Source: Schmidtea polychroa | Lineage: Eukaryota | Reading direction: 5' to 3' | Assembly (NCBI GenBank): GCA_044892525.1 | Contig: CM097885.1 | Span: 620,001-684,000 of the forward strand | DNA: 64,000 nucleotides | Shown: piece after piece, positions 30,961 through 45,061 of the stretch | How positions within the stretch are numbered: position 1 is the stretch's first letter | Layout: each line of letters begins with the position of its first letter | Notes under the pieces: generated by a model | The model's input: only the letters and a program-made list of their open reading frames with translations | The model's database searches: none | Told to the model about the DNA's origin: nothing | Position numbers and translations under genes: made by a program

Positions 30961-33025
30961 CGGGTAAGTTGTCTATCAGAGCAATGGCGTTTCTGGGATC
31001 ATTAGAGAATAACGATGAGTTGGACTGAAGGTTTTCGTTAAGGATAGATTTTTCGTTTAAAGGGGAGAGTTTATAAGAAATAGGGTTTATGAAAGAATAC
31101 TCAACGTCATCGGTTACAGAGTTTCTTTGTATAGAAGCCTCTATGATATCATGAGAGTCGTTATGGCTTACTGAGTTTATGGAGATGTGAGAGTTAGTTG
31201 TTTCGACGATAGAAGTATCGTTTAATGGAGAAGGTTTGAAGGATATGGGATTTTTTTCCATTCATTCTGTTTATCTGGTCGAGTTGCCTAAAATAAAGGT
31301 AAATATTGGAGCTATTAAAGATAATTTTATCGTAGTCTGGAGGCTTCAATGGTACAGCTTTTTTTGCCTCCTGGCTTTTGTGATAAATTTCTCTTCTTCT
31401 CCATTGAGAACCCACCGAAAAAAGAAAAAATCAAATTTTATTTTATGCAATTAACGGGGCACATGGCCAAGAAGGGGAGATGTTATCTGTAGCTTTTAGT
31501 TCAATAGACTGTGGATGTTAGAGTGTAATACTCCTACATCAAAACGTGGTTTTTCCTGAAAACTTCAGTCCGGTTTGGAGTCTGGGATCCATTCTGAAGC
31601 TCCTGGCATTGGGTCATTCACATTTACAGGTAAGCATCATTGAGCAGAGTAGGGATAATCATGGCTAATCACAGACTTGATCAGCCATGGCTCGTATAGA
31701 TGCATCTGGCATTCATTCATTCAGGTTAGTTTATTAGGAGAGGTAGAGCAAGTCCATCCTCTGTTTGGTGAGTATATGTCATTGAATTCTCATTGAATTC
31801 TGAGGAGGCATTCCAAACAGATCGGGACAGATTTCGCAGTTATAGTAATTGTTAGGAGAGGCAGTTAAGGCTTCTGTCTGATTAGTTTATATGCAATTAT
31901 GAGCACTAAAATCTTTCGTTTAAATCTATCCTTAATAGGATAGAGTTTATAATAAATAGGGTTTATGAAAGAATCCTCAACGTCATCGTTTACAGAGTTT
32001 CTTTGTATAGAAGCCTCTATGATATCATGAGAGTCGTTATGGCTTACTGAGTTTATGGAGATGTAAGAGTTAGTTGTTTCGACGATAGAAGTATCGTTTA
32101 ATGGAGAAGGTTTGAAGGATATGGGATTTTTTTCCATTCATTCTGTTTATCTGGTCGAGTTGCCTAAAATAAAGGTAAATATTGGAGCTATTAAAGATAA
32201 TTTTATCGTACTCTGGAGGCTTCAATGGTACAGCTTTTTTTGCCTCCTGGCTTTTGTGATAAATTTCTCTTCTTCTCCATTGAGAACCCACCGAAAAAAG
32301 AAAAAATCAAATTTTATTTTATGCAATTAACGGGGCACATGGCCAAGAAGGGGAGATGTTATCTGTAGCTTTTAGTTCAATAGACTGTGGATGTTAGAGT
32401 GTAATACTCCTACATCAAAACGTGGTTTTTCCTGAAAACTTCAGTCCGGTTTGGAGTCTGGGATCCATTCTGAAGCTCCTGGCATTGGGTCATTCACATT
32501 TACAGGTAAGCATCATTGAGCAGAGTAGGGATAATCATGGCTAATCACAGACTTGATCAGCCATGGCTCGTATAGATGCATCTGGCATTCATTCATTCAG
32601 GTTAGTTTATTGGGAGAGGTAGAGCAAGTCCATCTTCTGTTTGGTGAGTATATGTCATTGAATTCTCATTGAATTCTGAGGAGGCATTCCAAACAGATCG
32701 GGACAGATTTCGCAGTTATAGTAATTGTTAGGAGAGGCAGTTAAGGCTTCTGTCTGATTAGTTTATATGCAATTATGAGCACTAAAATCTTTCGTTTAAA
32801 TCTATCCTTAATAGGATAGAGTTTATAATAAATAGGGTTTATGAAAGAATCCTCAACGTCATCGGTTACAGAGTTTCTTTGTATAGAAGCCTCTATGATA
32901 TCATGAGAGTCGTTATGGCTTACTGAGTCTATGGAGATGTAAGAGTTAGTTGTTTCGACGATAGAAGTATCGTTTAATGGAGAAGGTTTGAAGGATATGG
33001 GATTTTTCATAGAGTCATTATCCAT
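30961..33025 (-). repeat. ~876-bp tandem duplication of NeSL-like 5' ORF fragment
   Basis: ORFs at 31194/32070 and 31865/32741 offset by 876. Confidence 0.85.
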
Positions 33026-33074
33026 TTATTATTATCTTTTTTTTATTATAAAATTATTATTATAAAAAAGTCAT

Positions 33075-35196
33075 TATCCTTTTTATTATAAAATGGGTAG
33101 CAAACCTATGATGAAATTAACAAAAATTGAACAACGTCAATTTGTTAGTGCATCTGTTTGTTACCTTTGTTTGAAATGTATCGTCGATCCTGTTAGAGAT
33201 CACGATCATTTTACTGGGAAATATTTGGGTGCAGCTTGTAGCACATGCAACATAAATAGGAAATAAATAAAATTTTGCCTATCGTATTTCACAACTTGAA
33301 GAGATACGATATGCACCATATTCTTAAATATGGTTTAAACAAATTTAAAAATTGGACTTTAGGTTGCATCCCAATCACGACTGAAAAATTTATTTCTTTG
33401 ATTGCGCATTTAGGCAAAATAAGCTTAAGATTCATTGATTCTTATCAATTTGTTAATAAAATTAATATCGTTGCAGGTGATACAGACTCTTTTTTCCTCG
33501 AAGTCATTAACTGTAAACTTGAGGTTCTTTTACCTGCAATGATTCGAGATAATTTATTACTTACTTCCAATTACAATAGTTGTCATTCCTTATATAGTAA
33601 GAACCTTGATTCTCTCATTGGAAAGTTCAAAGACGAGAATAAAGGTCTTAAATATAAGGAATGGGTTTTTCTTAGACCCAAGTGTTATAGCTTGTTGGGT
33701 GATGAGGAAACAAAAAAGGCTAAAGGTGTAACATTGAAAGGTAGTGACATAAAACATCAGTCATACCTGGATTGTTATAAAACTAATCAAATTTTTTCGA
33801 TTCCTCAAACAAAATTAACAAACAAAAATCATCAAATTTTTACAATTAAAAATAATAAAATAGCACTAACTAACAAAGATGACAAAAGGGTTTGGGTGGG
33901 GAAAAATACTAGTCTTGCATATAGGCATGTAGGATTAAGTGAATTAAATATTGGAGAAAATGTTGGAGAAATTGTTGGAGAAAATGTTGGAGAAATTGTT
34001 GGAGATGAATTTGATGAAAATGTTGGAGAAGATGAGGAAGAATTTATTGAAGATGTTGGAGAAGATTTTGGAGAATATGATATCGATATCGATGACGTTA
34101 TTTTGTCTGATGAGGACTAATTTTATTAAATAACTAACTTACAAAGATGACAAAAGGGTTTGGGTGGGGAAAAATACTAGTTTATCATATGGGTATGTAA
34201 TATTAAGTCAATTAAATGTTGGAGAAGATGTTGGAAAAGATGATATTGATATTGATGAAGACTGATTTTATTAAATAAAAGTTTATATCTTTACATTTGT
34301 ACTTTTTATTTGTTTGGTAATTTTTATGTTTTGTTATGTGTCTAGTTATTTTTATGTGTTGTATATATTTGGTTGAAATAATAATATTATTATTATTAAT
34401 CTATAAAAAAAATTTCATTAAAAAAATTTACTTAAAAAATTAATCAATTAAAATTTTCTTTGAAAATTATCTTTGAAAATTATTCCATTAAAATTTTCAT
34501 TAAAAATTATCTTAAAACATTTCTATTAAAGATTTTCATTAAAAAATTTCAATTCTCAATTACTGACTATTATTCCAACTTTTTGTTAATAAGTTTAAAA
34601 ATCTTGTGTTGACAAAGTATTTTCTTTACAACCCCTAACAAAAAAATAATTAATGATAAACTATAATCAACAATAATTTTTTATTTAATTTTTTATTTAT
34701 TTGTTAAATTCAAAGAATTCCCGACTTTAGCATTCTTGAGAATGGTATTGAATATCACCAGGTCATTAGATAAAATTGATGAATTTCAGAGTCTTTGTTA
34801 CATTTTGATAATTAATATCTTCTGATCTACTTTAGTGAATTCTTGAATTAAGGTTATAGCGTTTGATTTAGTTTGATTAGTTTAGTTTTTAATTTTCAAT
34901 TTTCAATTTTTAAATTTTAAATTTTAGACCATAATTTAACCTTTTAGACTATTTTATTTATTTTTTTTTCCAAAAAATTAATATCCAGTTTATTTAAAAT
35001 TAACACAGCGTTTTATTTTATAATAAATTAAATAATTTCTAATAAATATTTTATTCAAATTGAATAATTACTAATTAAAATTTTATACAAATTGAAATAT
35101 TATTGTTATAATTAACTCTCTTGTTAGAATATAATGTAAATGTAAAATTTAAGAAAAAATAAAGAAATAAATAAAATAAATAATAATAATAATAAT

Positions 35197-35245
<49 letters not shown>

Positions 35246-35260
35246 TTTAAATAGCGTTAA
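33075..35260 (+). mobile_element. Family-B internally deleted pPolB (to 34120) and subterminal region, cut at the R2-like element
   Basis: 281-aa ORF FHNL..DSYQFVN/KINIVAGDTDS..KAKGV..DDKR; inverted copy of 27090-29220. Confidence 0.85.
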
Positions 35261-35265
35261 TTACC

Positions 35266-38140
35266 TTAATTCATTGTAAGATTAAACAACTTGAAGAGCG
35301 CAGCATGCGGTATAGTTATCAAGGCCTTCGCGCTAATGCCGTCAGGACCACTAGCCGTTTTCAATTTCATCTTTTGCACAGCAGCTGCGATCTCCTCCAA
35401 TGAGATGTGTGCAGCTACTGACTTATCCTCAGTTGTCCTCTGGACAGGCCGGGTATCGGGTTCAGACTCTTTTTCGAAAACCTGTTTCCAATAGTCCCCT
35501 CTACCCGGCATTGGATCATCCTCCAACAGCAGACTATCCAGCTTACCTTCAAGGATAGTGCTTGCGGCCGCACTTCGATCCTTCTGGAATAATCTCTGCA
35601 AAGCACCATAAATAGCTCTCTTCCTAGCTACCTTTATGTGCTTTTTAACCTTTGTACCATCCACGGGGACCTGGTACGTTTGGTTAAACTTGTTTTTCCT
35701 CTTTTTGAGTTTTACTTGAAACTGCTTAGTTACTGATAAGCAATATTCACTGATATACAATAAACTCGTTGAGAATTTTCATCTTCAGTAAGGATGATCC
35801 TATCCAGTTGGTCCTCATGCCAAATGCTATGACCCTTGCTTCGAGGGAATTTCCTTAAAATAGTCATGATGTCTGGAGATGGACTCGGGGCTTGTGGGTT
35901 CTCCATCGCCTGCTCCATGCCCATCCCCTTCATCTTGTCTTCTAACTCTTTAAACACTGCTTTATATTTATTACTATCTAAGTGTTTGCGAATGTATTCC
36001 TTTGAACGTTTGAAGGCTGAACATCCAAGGTGAAGTATATCAAGAAGGTGAGATTGAGGTCTATAACGATTTTCAAGGTGAAGTTGAGCCATGAGGAGGT
36101 CTTCTTCATTACTCCAGTAATAAGCAGGTTTATTGGAAAGTTTCCTCAAGATGGCCTCATCACGTAAGGTGCGATGGGCTTTAGATATATGGACTCCACG
36201 TCCCCTCAGCGTTAGGAAAGGCAAAAAGCAATACTCACAGACAAACGACTGTTCCACATCCCTCTCCAGTTTTGTAGCGTTGTTATTTTTATTTGTACTC
36301 ATTTTCATTTTACTGGTTGTTGTGGGAGTTCTTTCGTGTTAGATATCCTCCCACATGATACCTAACTGACCATAAGAGGCCTCACCAAAGGAAGTGGTGG
36401 GGGGAAGAGAAAAGGGTCCCTATGAAAAAATTCTAAACAAAAATTCCCTCATCACAAACAGTGATGAGGGCTAATACTTCAATTGTTAATATTTATAAAA
36501 CTTTAATCAAAAGTATAGTTTGAAAAGCTAATCAAATATTAAAACTTTAATTAAATCAAAAACAAGAGAAAAGAAAATGTTAAAAAAAAACTTTAATCAA
36601 ATTAATTTTAATTTAGATTTAAACTTTAAAAAAAAATGAACATCAAAACTTAAAATAAAATAAAATAAAATAAAATAACATAGAATAAAATAGAATGAAA
36701 CAAAATAAAATAAAATAAAATAGAATAAAATAAAATAACATATAAAGTTACCTCCCTCAATTAAGTTAAATCCCTAATACTATTAAAAATTCATAAAAAG
36801 AAAATATAAAAAATATCAAAAGAAAAACAAATATAAAATTAAATTAAAAAATAGAATAAAGTAAAATTCTTAGAAGTCATACCTCCCTCAACTAAAAAAA
36901 AAGATTCCCTAATTATATGGTACCTGAATAAAATTGGTAGGTTAACCACTTTGGCAGACTGATATTAAAAATAATAACTTGTCATAGATACTCAGCCTTT
37001 TACCAAAGTATATGGGAATTACTTCTTTAAAGCACCCCGTCAGCTCATCCAATTTTTAAAGAATATGAATAATATGAATTATTAAAATTAAAATTATAAA
37101 GTTATAAAACAACATAAAAAATAAAAAAAAAAAAGGTCGTAATGGTGGCCCTTATGTGTGCCTAGAATGTTGATCAGATATTCTAGGACTTACTACCCTT
37201 AGTGAATCATCTAACAGTTGCGATCTGTCTTGATAATTCACCAGGATACCCAACTTTCAAATCGGCGTGGGAAACCATCTGCAATGCTCCACCATTTGGC
37301 AAATACAGATATCGACGTTTCGTTCATTGACCGGCTGTCGACCTTACCTCCTCCCTTTGGACCACAAAAAAGGCTTTTCAGTTCTGAAATCAAAACTTTC
37401 TGGTCATTTTTTGTTGGTTGGTCCGGGCCGCACCCTCCTCCGAGCACTTGTCATTACCTGACCAATGGGCATCCAATTTCGGGAGGTTTGGATGCAACAC
37501 CTAGTCCCCTTTGTCTTAAGACATCAGGCCGCCCCCATCTCTGGGCACTTGTCGTAACCTGACCAATGGGCAACATTAAGGCTGTTGACTTTTCCCTTCT
37601 AGTCCACAATAAAGGCTTTCCAGTTCGAAAATCAAAACTTTCCAGTCACTTTTTGCTTGGTTGTCCTAGGCCGCACTCTTCTAAGAGCACAATTGTCGTT
37701 ACCCGACCAGCGGTGGGCCGTTTTCGGTGCCCGTAAACAGTTAGAGGGCGTATATCCCCTTTACCAATCACCCAAGGGCAGTTGGTTGTACTTCTTAATT
37801 GAAGTCACGTCTTTTCAGACTTAAGTATCAAAGCCGCTTTGCAGCCAATACTTCGTAGCAACCATTGTAAGTGTATCCAGCGGGTGAATCCCCCCGCAGA
37901 TCTTCTTACGTCCTATTTAGTTTCTTCCTCACGGTAGCGACCCGTAGTTCCAATACTAAGGACTACATACATTCCATGACATAATTTCCACCTCAAAACT
38001 CAGGGAAAGATCTCTTAAGCAGGACTTTAACCTCGCGAACGATCCTGACCAAGAGTTTCGAACTTAACTTCTGAAGGTACCTGTTTAAAGCCCGAAAACG
38101 CCCCAACGGTTTGCCTCAGTAAGTCTGTTTCCATTACTCA
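35266..38140 (-). mobile_element. R2-clade non-LTR retrotransposon, 5' portion (C2H2 finger, Myb-like domain, start of RT), 3'-truncated
   Basis: FVCEYCFLPFLTLRGRGVHISKAH; WSNEEDLLMA; RRAIYGALQRLFQKDR-like region; TASGPDGI..LFKLFN; upstream boundary approximate. Confidence 0.8.
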
Positions 38141-38149
38141 TGAACCTGC

Positions 38150-41100
38150 ACGTTTATTTGGAGTATGATATTTGAATCTTTTAATACAAAGCAGTTCATT
38201 TTTAGTCCTGGTTTTGTTATGGACATTGTCTGCTGGTTTTTTAATTTTCTTTTTTTTCCATTTCATTAAGGGCTGTTTCACGGTCCATATTGTCGTTATT
38301 AAAATTAGTTATTAAACCTTTAATAAGTGGGAAGTATTTTTTAATATTATCGTCAGGTATTTTGTAGGTAAAATAGTTTTCCTCAACAGTTCTGATATTT
38401 TTTTGCATAATAGTAATTTTAGGAATGGTTAGTTTAGTATTCTTTATCAGGCATTGGATGAGGTGGCACACAAAAAAGGCAACTGGGATATTCATATTTT
38501 GTGAGTGTAATTGCGAGTGGTGAAACGATATTTTGCAGATCAAGAATGGTATTCAGTATGCTATTAGCGAGAGATAAGTGTATGGAGTGGCTATCGTCAA
38601 GTAAAGAATCTATTATAACAGCTAATTGTCTCCGCTTATCAAGATAAAAGAAAAACCAGTTGTCTTTGCCATTTGACATTGGCATAATAATTTCGTTCCA
38701 CTCTGCGAAGTCTTTGAAGGGGAAGGAGGAGAAGAAGGTTTTGTAATTATGCTGGATTTGAAAGTTATCAACATAAGGGTCAACAAAGATGGTAGATTTT
38801 TTCATGTCGAAAGAGTAAACCAATGCCTTTATTGTGTGCTGGGACCATCAAGCTGATTCCTTATCCACATTATTATAAGCAATCATTTGGTATTTCTCTA
38901 CTATAGTTAACATCAAAACCATTTAGATATTCTTCATCTGATGAAGTTTGTTTCCGTTCCTTTGTGTTTCAAGGTTATCTGCAATCACCTCCTGGGTGTT
39001 TAATACATTATTCATAATATTATAGTCATAATAATATTGTTAGTATTTGGTGGTATTGGGTGGCGTTGAGCTATATGATTGATAATGCCATCTATTGGGA
39101 CCCAGCTCCTACATGCACAGTATATATCGGCATTTTTATCAATAATTCCATTTCTATGTTTTTTTGACATGTGCTCCCATACACATGCCAATGGAGTGTC
39201 CCAATTTCACGTTGTAAAGCATTTTTTGTAGTTCTTATTGTGGCTATTACATGTGAGGTGATTATTTTTGTCGATTTTAATAAATATCATTTTGAGGGTA
39301 TCTTTATCATTTTGTATTTCATGCACATATTGTTCGACATGTCTGTAAATGTCTTTGTGCGTAACCGGATATATTACATAGCGTTCGTTGGCCTTTGCAT
39401 TGGCCGCAGTCTATGATGGAGTGTTCTGTGATAAGGATGTGGTGTGTGCTGATCCAATTTTTCCCTATTGTAAATGGAAATCGCTCCACAAAAAGGTGTG
39501 CGTAAGTGGGGTCTGCATCTACATTTCGCTCTGGAGTTGAAGTAGTAGAGGTTAGGATCTTGCCTGCATAGTGATTTCAGACTAGGTGGTATTAATTTTT
39601 GGGTTGGTTTAGGGATTTCGCTTGTGTCCATGGATATTTTTATTCCAAAAAGGGATTTAGGTTTATTACAACTACAACATTTAGAGTTAGTAGCATTATT
39701 TTTATTTTTAGCGTTATCTGCTCCATTATCAGTTGCATTAATTATGGGTAAGTTGTCTATCAGAGCGATGGCGTTTTTGGGATCATTAGAGAATAAGGAT
39801 GAGTTGGACTGAAGGTTTTCGTTAAGGATAGATTTTTCGTTTAAAGCGGAGGGTTTATAAGAAATAGGGTTTATGAAAGAATACTCAACGTCATCGGTTA
39901 CAGAGTTTCTTTGTATAGAAGCCTCTATGATATCATGAGAGTCGTTATGGCTTACTGAGTCTATGGAGATGTGAGAGTTAGTTGTTTCGACGATAGAAGT
40001 ATCGGTTAATGGAGAAGGTTTGAAGGATATGGGATTTTTTTCCATTCATTCTGTTTATCTGGTCGAGTTGCCTAAAATAAAGGTAAATATTGGAGCTATT
40101 AAAGATAATTTTATCGTAGTCTGGAGGCTTCAATGGTACAGCGTCTTTTGCCTCCTGGCTTTTGTGATAAATTTCTCTTCTTCTCCATTGAGAAGCCACC
40201 GAAAAAAAAAATTTATTTTATTTTATGCAATTAACGGGGCACATGGCCAAGAAGGGGAGATGTTATCTGTAGCTTTTAGTTCAATAGACTGGATGTTAGA
40301 GTGTAACACTCCTACATCAAAACGTGGTTTTTCCTGAAAACTTCAGTCCTATTTGGAGTCTGGGATCCATTCTGAAGCTCCTGGCATTGGCTCATTCACA
40401 TTTACAGGTAAGCATCATTGAGCAGAGTAGGGATAATCATGGCTAATCACAGACTTGATCAGCCATGGCTCGTATAGATGCATCTGGCATTCATTCATTC
40501 AGGTTAGTTTATTAGGAGAGGTAGAGCAAGTCCATCTTCTGTCTGGTGAGTATATGTCATTGAATTCTCATTGAATTCTGAGGAGGCATTCCAAACAGAT
40601 CGGACAGATTTCGCAGTTAGAGTAATTGTTAGGAGAGGCAGTTAAGGCTTCTGTCTGATTAGTTTATATGCAATTATGAGCACTAAAATCTTTCGTTTAA
40701 ATCTATCCTTAATAGGATAGAGTTTATAATAAATAGGGTTTATGAAAGAATCCTCAACGTCATCGGTTACAGAGTTTCTTTGTATAGAAGCCTCTATGAT
40801 ATCATGAGAGTCGTTATGGCTTACTAAGTCTATGGAGATGTGAGAGTTAGTTGTTTCGACGATAGAAGTATCGTTTAATGGAGAAGGTTTGAAGGATATG
40901 GGATTTTTCATAGAGTCATTATCCATATTAGAGTGTGAAAGGTGGTTAGAGTATTTCTTTGAGATGTTGGACTCATCTTTAATGGGAGTTGAAGTAATAT
41001 TTGGGAGATAGAGATTATCAAGATTAGTATTTGATGAGGCACTGCTCGATAGTTGGACATCATCGCAGTCTTCATCATCAAGATCACAGGTATTAGTTTT

Positions 41101-41630
41101 ATTGGTAGGAGGGTTTAAGTAAAAAGGAGTATTATTATCCGACGAAGCTTTAAGGACTGGAGTGATAGGAGTTGTAGCTGAGATTGAGAGTATTGGCCTT
41201 GACAAGGTGTTTGTTGTCAAAAAGTCTCTTGATAATCGAGCAGATGAGATAACAGGTTTTTTTTTATGAATATTTATATTATAATAAGATTTTGATAATT
41301 TAATATTAGAATTAGTGAATTTAAAAGATTTTAATATTTTATTTAGGCTTGAAGGTTTAATGGTATTCATCTTTTTAGGTGAATTGGGGATATCGCGGTT
41401 ATGGTCTATAAAGGTGGTGATTGGTTTTGAGAAGTGCGATAAAAGATTAAAGGCTTTTAAACAGTATTAACGTTGACGAAATTGTCAATATTTAGAGGAA
41501 TGATAGGTTTAGAAGAGTTAGATCTTAAAGGATGGAGAACTAACGGTTTTTTGATAACGGGTTTATTTGAAGCAGTGGTGTTATAGGGCTTAAAAAGGAT
41601 AGAGTAAAGGCTAACTCGTAGGGTATTTCA
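38150..41630 (-). mobile_element. NeSL-like non-LTR retrotransposon, degenerate 5' half with Cys-rich regions and Ulp1-like protease domain
   Basis: WNEIIMPM..W.FFYLDK..IIDSL..LANSILNTILDLQNI homologous to the pre-RT region at 58100-58500. Confidence 0.65.
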
Positions 41631-41631
41631 A

Positions 41632-42028
41632 TTTCGTTGTTCAATTTTCGTTAATTTCATCATAGGTTTTCTACCCATTTTATAATAAAAAGGAAGAACC
41701 TTATTTAATTCTATATCCTCTATAGCATTTAAAAAACTCTCGACTCAATCTAAACCTATGAACTGTTGATAAGATTTAGATCCGTCAAAGTTATTTACAA
41801 GTAAAAGACCAGCAGGTTAAAAGACCAGTCAGTAAACTGCAATAATTTATTTTGAGGGAAAGTGTAAAGAGTTGTTCCTAATTGATTACGTTTACATAAT
41901 ATTTCATGTTTTTCCAGTGCGTGTTTGTACCTAAACCCATTCAAACACCGATGGCACCATAATGATTGTATGCGTGTAGGACAACTAGTGTTGATACCAC
42001 AATTCAGTAACCTATTTAAATTACTTAT
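41632..42028 (-). pseudogene. Family-B pPolB fragment
   Basis: WCHRCLNGF..HEILC..GLDxVESFL. Confidence 0.85.
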
Positions 42029-42029
42029 T

Positions 42030-42396
42030 AAAATTTTATTCAAATTGAAATATTATTGTTACAATTTACACTCTTGTTAGAATATATTAAATGTAAATGT
42101 AAAATAATAACAATAAAAAAATAATAATAATAATAATAAATAAATAAAAATTAAATTAAAAAAAAAATTAATTAAATAACATAAGTAATTAAAATAAAAT
42201 TTTAATAAATAATTAATTAATTAAATGTAATAAATTGAAAATTAACTAAAGTAATTTTTTTAAAAAAAAAACATAATAAAATAATTAATATAATAAATTT
42301 AAAAAAAAATAAATAGGAATGATTCTATTGACCTATATTTGATCTGGACATTGGGATGACCTTGAAAGTGTCCTGGAGTCCTCACTATATACTACT
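42030..42396 (+). repeat. Family-C Polinton terminal region ending ..CACTATATACTACT
   Basis: Matches 61320-61733; reverse complement starts AGTAGT, the canonical Polinton terminus. Confidence 0.75.
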
Positions 42397-43975
42397 AATT
42401 ATAATCATAATTTTCTTTAATTTAACCCTTTATTTACTTAATTTAGCCCTTGTTTACCGAATATAGAAGTTTAAAATATAGACCATTGATTACTTTAATT
42501 TAAAAATGTATCCCTTAATTTAAATAATTTCCATCTAAAATTATTTCAAAAAAATTTTTTTCTAAAATTGTCATTGAAAAATATTTCATAAAAGTTTTCA
42601 TTTAAAATTTTCATTGAAAAATATTTCATAAAAATTTTTTTTAAAAATTATCTTAAAAATTATTTCATAAAAATTTTCATTAAAAAATTTCAATTCTCAA
42701 ACACCTTCTATTATTTTGTTAATAAATTTAAAATCTTACTTTAATTTGCTTATTACATTACTTATTTAAAAATTATTACTTTAATTTACTTATTTAAAAT
42801 ATTTGACCATTGATTACTTAATTTAAAAATTTGGACATTAATTAACTTTAATTTAATTTTTTAGAACCTTAATTTACTTTAATTTTAAATTTTGACCCTT
42901 AATTAACTTTAATTCAAAATTTGGACCTTAATTTACTTTAATTGAAAATTTTAGACCTTAATTGAAAATTTTAGACCATAATTTTCATGTAAAATTGTCA
43001 TTGAAAAAATTTTCATTTCTCAGGCGCCGTTTAGTAGGTGGTTAGGAGCCCGCTTCAAATGCAAGCCTTTTTTTTGCTGCAACATTTGATTGCGCAATTG
43101 TTGCATCTTGTTTTTTTTCTATTGAAAATTCAAGAAAAAAAAATAATCGTAGCTTACTGTACAACAAAAAAAATAAGTTGCAACAATTGCGTAATCAAAA
43201 TTTGCAGCAAAAAAAAGTTGCCGCAAAAAAAAAGTTGCCGCAGACCCCCTCCCCCCCCTAAAATTTTCAATTAAGGTCTAAAATTTTCAATTAAGTAATT
43301 AAGGTCGTATTTTTCAATTACAGTAAATTATGGTTCTAAAAAATTAAATTACAGTAAATTAAGGTCTAAAATTTAAAAGTAAAGTAAATTATGGTATATA
43401 TTTTAAAACTTAAGTAAATTAAAGTCTAAAATTTCAATTAAGTAAAGTAAGGTCTAAAATATTCAATTAAGGTCTAAAATTTTCAATTAAATTAAAATAA
43501 GGTTCTAAAAAATTAAATTAAAGTTAATTAAGGTCCAAATTTTTAAATTAAGTAATCAATGGTCAAATATTTTAAATAAGTAAATTAAAGTAATAATTTT
43601 TAAATAAGTAATGTAATAAGCAAATTAAAGTAAGATTTTAAATTTATTAACAAAATAATAGAAGGTGTCTGAGAATTGAAATTTTTTAATGAAAATTTTT
43701 ATGAAATAATTCTTTAAGTAATTTTAGATGGAAATTTTTATGGAATAATTTATAAGATAATTTTTAATGATAATTTTTATGAAATATTTTTCAATGACAA
43801 TTTTAGAAAAAAAATTTTTTTGAAATAATTTTAGATGGAAATTATTTAAATTAATGGATACATTTTTAAATTAAAGTAATCAATGATCTATATTTTAAAC
43901 TTCTATATTCGGTAAACAAGGACTAAATTAAGTAAATAAAGGGTTAAATTAAAGAAAATTATGATTATAATTATA
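42397..43975. repeat. AT-rich foldback (arms ~42397-43010 and ~43480-43975) around a more GC-rich ~240-bp core
   Basis: cttgtttaccgaatatagaag (42450) mirrored at ~43900; one arm recurs at 49390-50100. Confidence 0.8.
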
Positions 43976-45061
43976 ATTAGATTTAAAGAATAATTGTCTT
44001 TTCATTTAAAACCATTTTAGAATAATATTTTTTATCAAAGTTCTTATCTTGATTTATTTAATTTTAATTGAAAGTAATGACGAAATAGAGCGTGTTGTCT
44101 TCAATTTTAATGAATTAATTTGAAAGATTATTCAGATAAATTTTTGTGTTTAAGGTATTCCTTAGTAATTTTTTTTTTAGAGTTGATGGTTTTTGTGAAT
44201 TTTTATCATTTTCATGAATTTCATGTGGATAGAATGAATATTTAAAAATTTTAAGTTAGTTCTAAGATAAATTTAATTAATTTCTTGATAATTGGATGCA
44301 TTTTTATTGATTGGTTTTTTAATTTTAAATAAAAATTATTTTTAATGACAGTTAGGTTAATAATCACGTGATAGGATATGACTTTGTAATAATATTTTTT
44401 TTCATATATTTTCTAAGAATTTCATGTAGATTTATTTAAAAATTTAAAGTTTTAATGACGATTTTAATTGAATTTCTTGATAATTTGTTAAATTTTAAAT
44501 AAAAATTAATTTTTTTTTAATGACTGTTAGGTTAATAATTAAGTAATTGGTTTAATTTTAGATGACTTTGTAATGCATTTGACTAAATAATTTTTTTCAA
44601 TAATTTTCTAAGAATATTTACACATTGATGAACTTTTTTAAAAACACATAAGCTAAGAAACCAGTTAACCTTATCAAGAACTTTAAATTTACTTGATAAT
44701 TTACAGAAATAATATACAAAATTTAATTTACAGAAATAATTTACAAAATAATAATACAGAAATTTATGATTAAGTTTGCTTTTATGAACAATCAATATAT
44801 ATCATCTCGAGTTAGGTATTTGATAGGTGAAATATTTGTAGTAAATAATAAATTTATTATGTCTTTGTTACATAACACGACTTTAGCGTCAAAATGTGTT
44901 TTTAAAATAAATTTTAATTTTAAAATACCGCAATGTAATATATTAATTTTTTCCTGCCCTTCCTTGATTTTGATTGGTTAGAATTTGGTCCTATAAACAA
45001 TAATAATCTATAAACAATAATCAATCATTAGTCACATTTAACAAATAATTAACCTTTAAAA

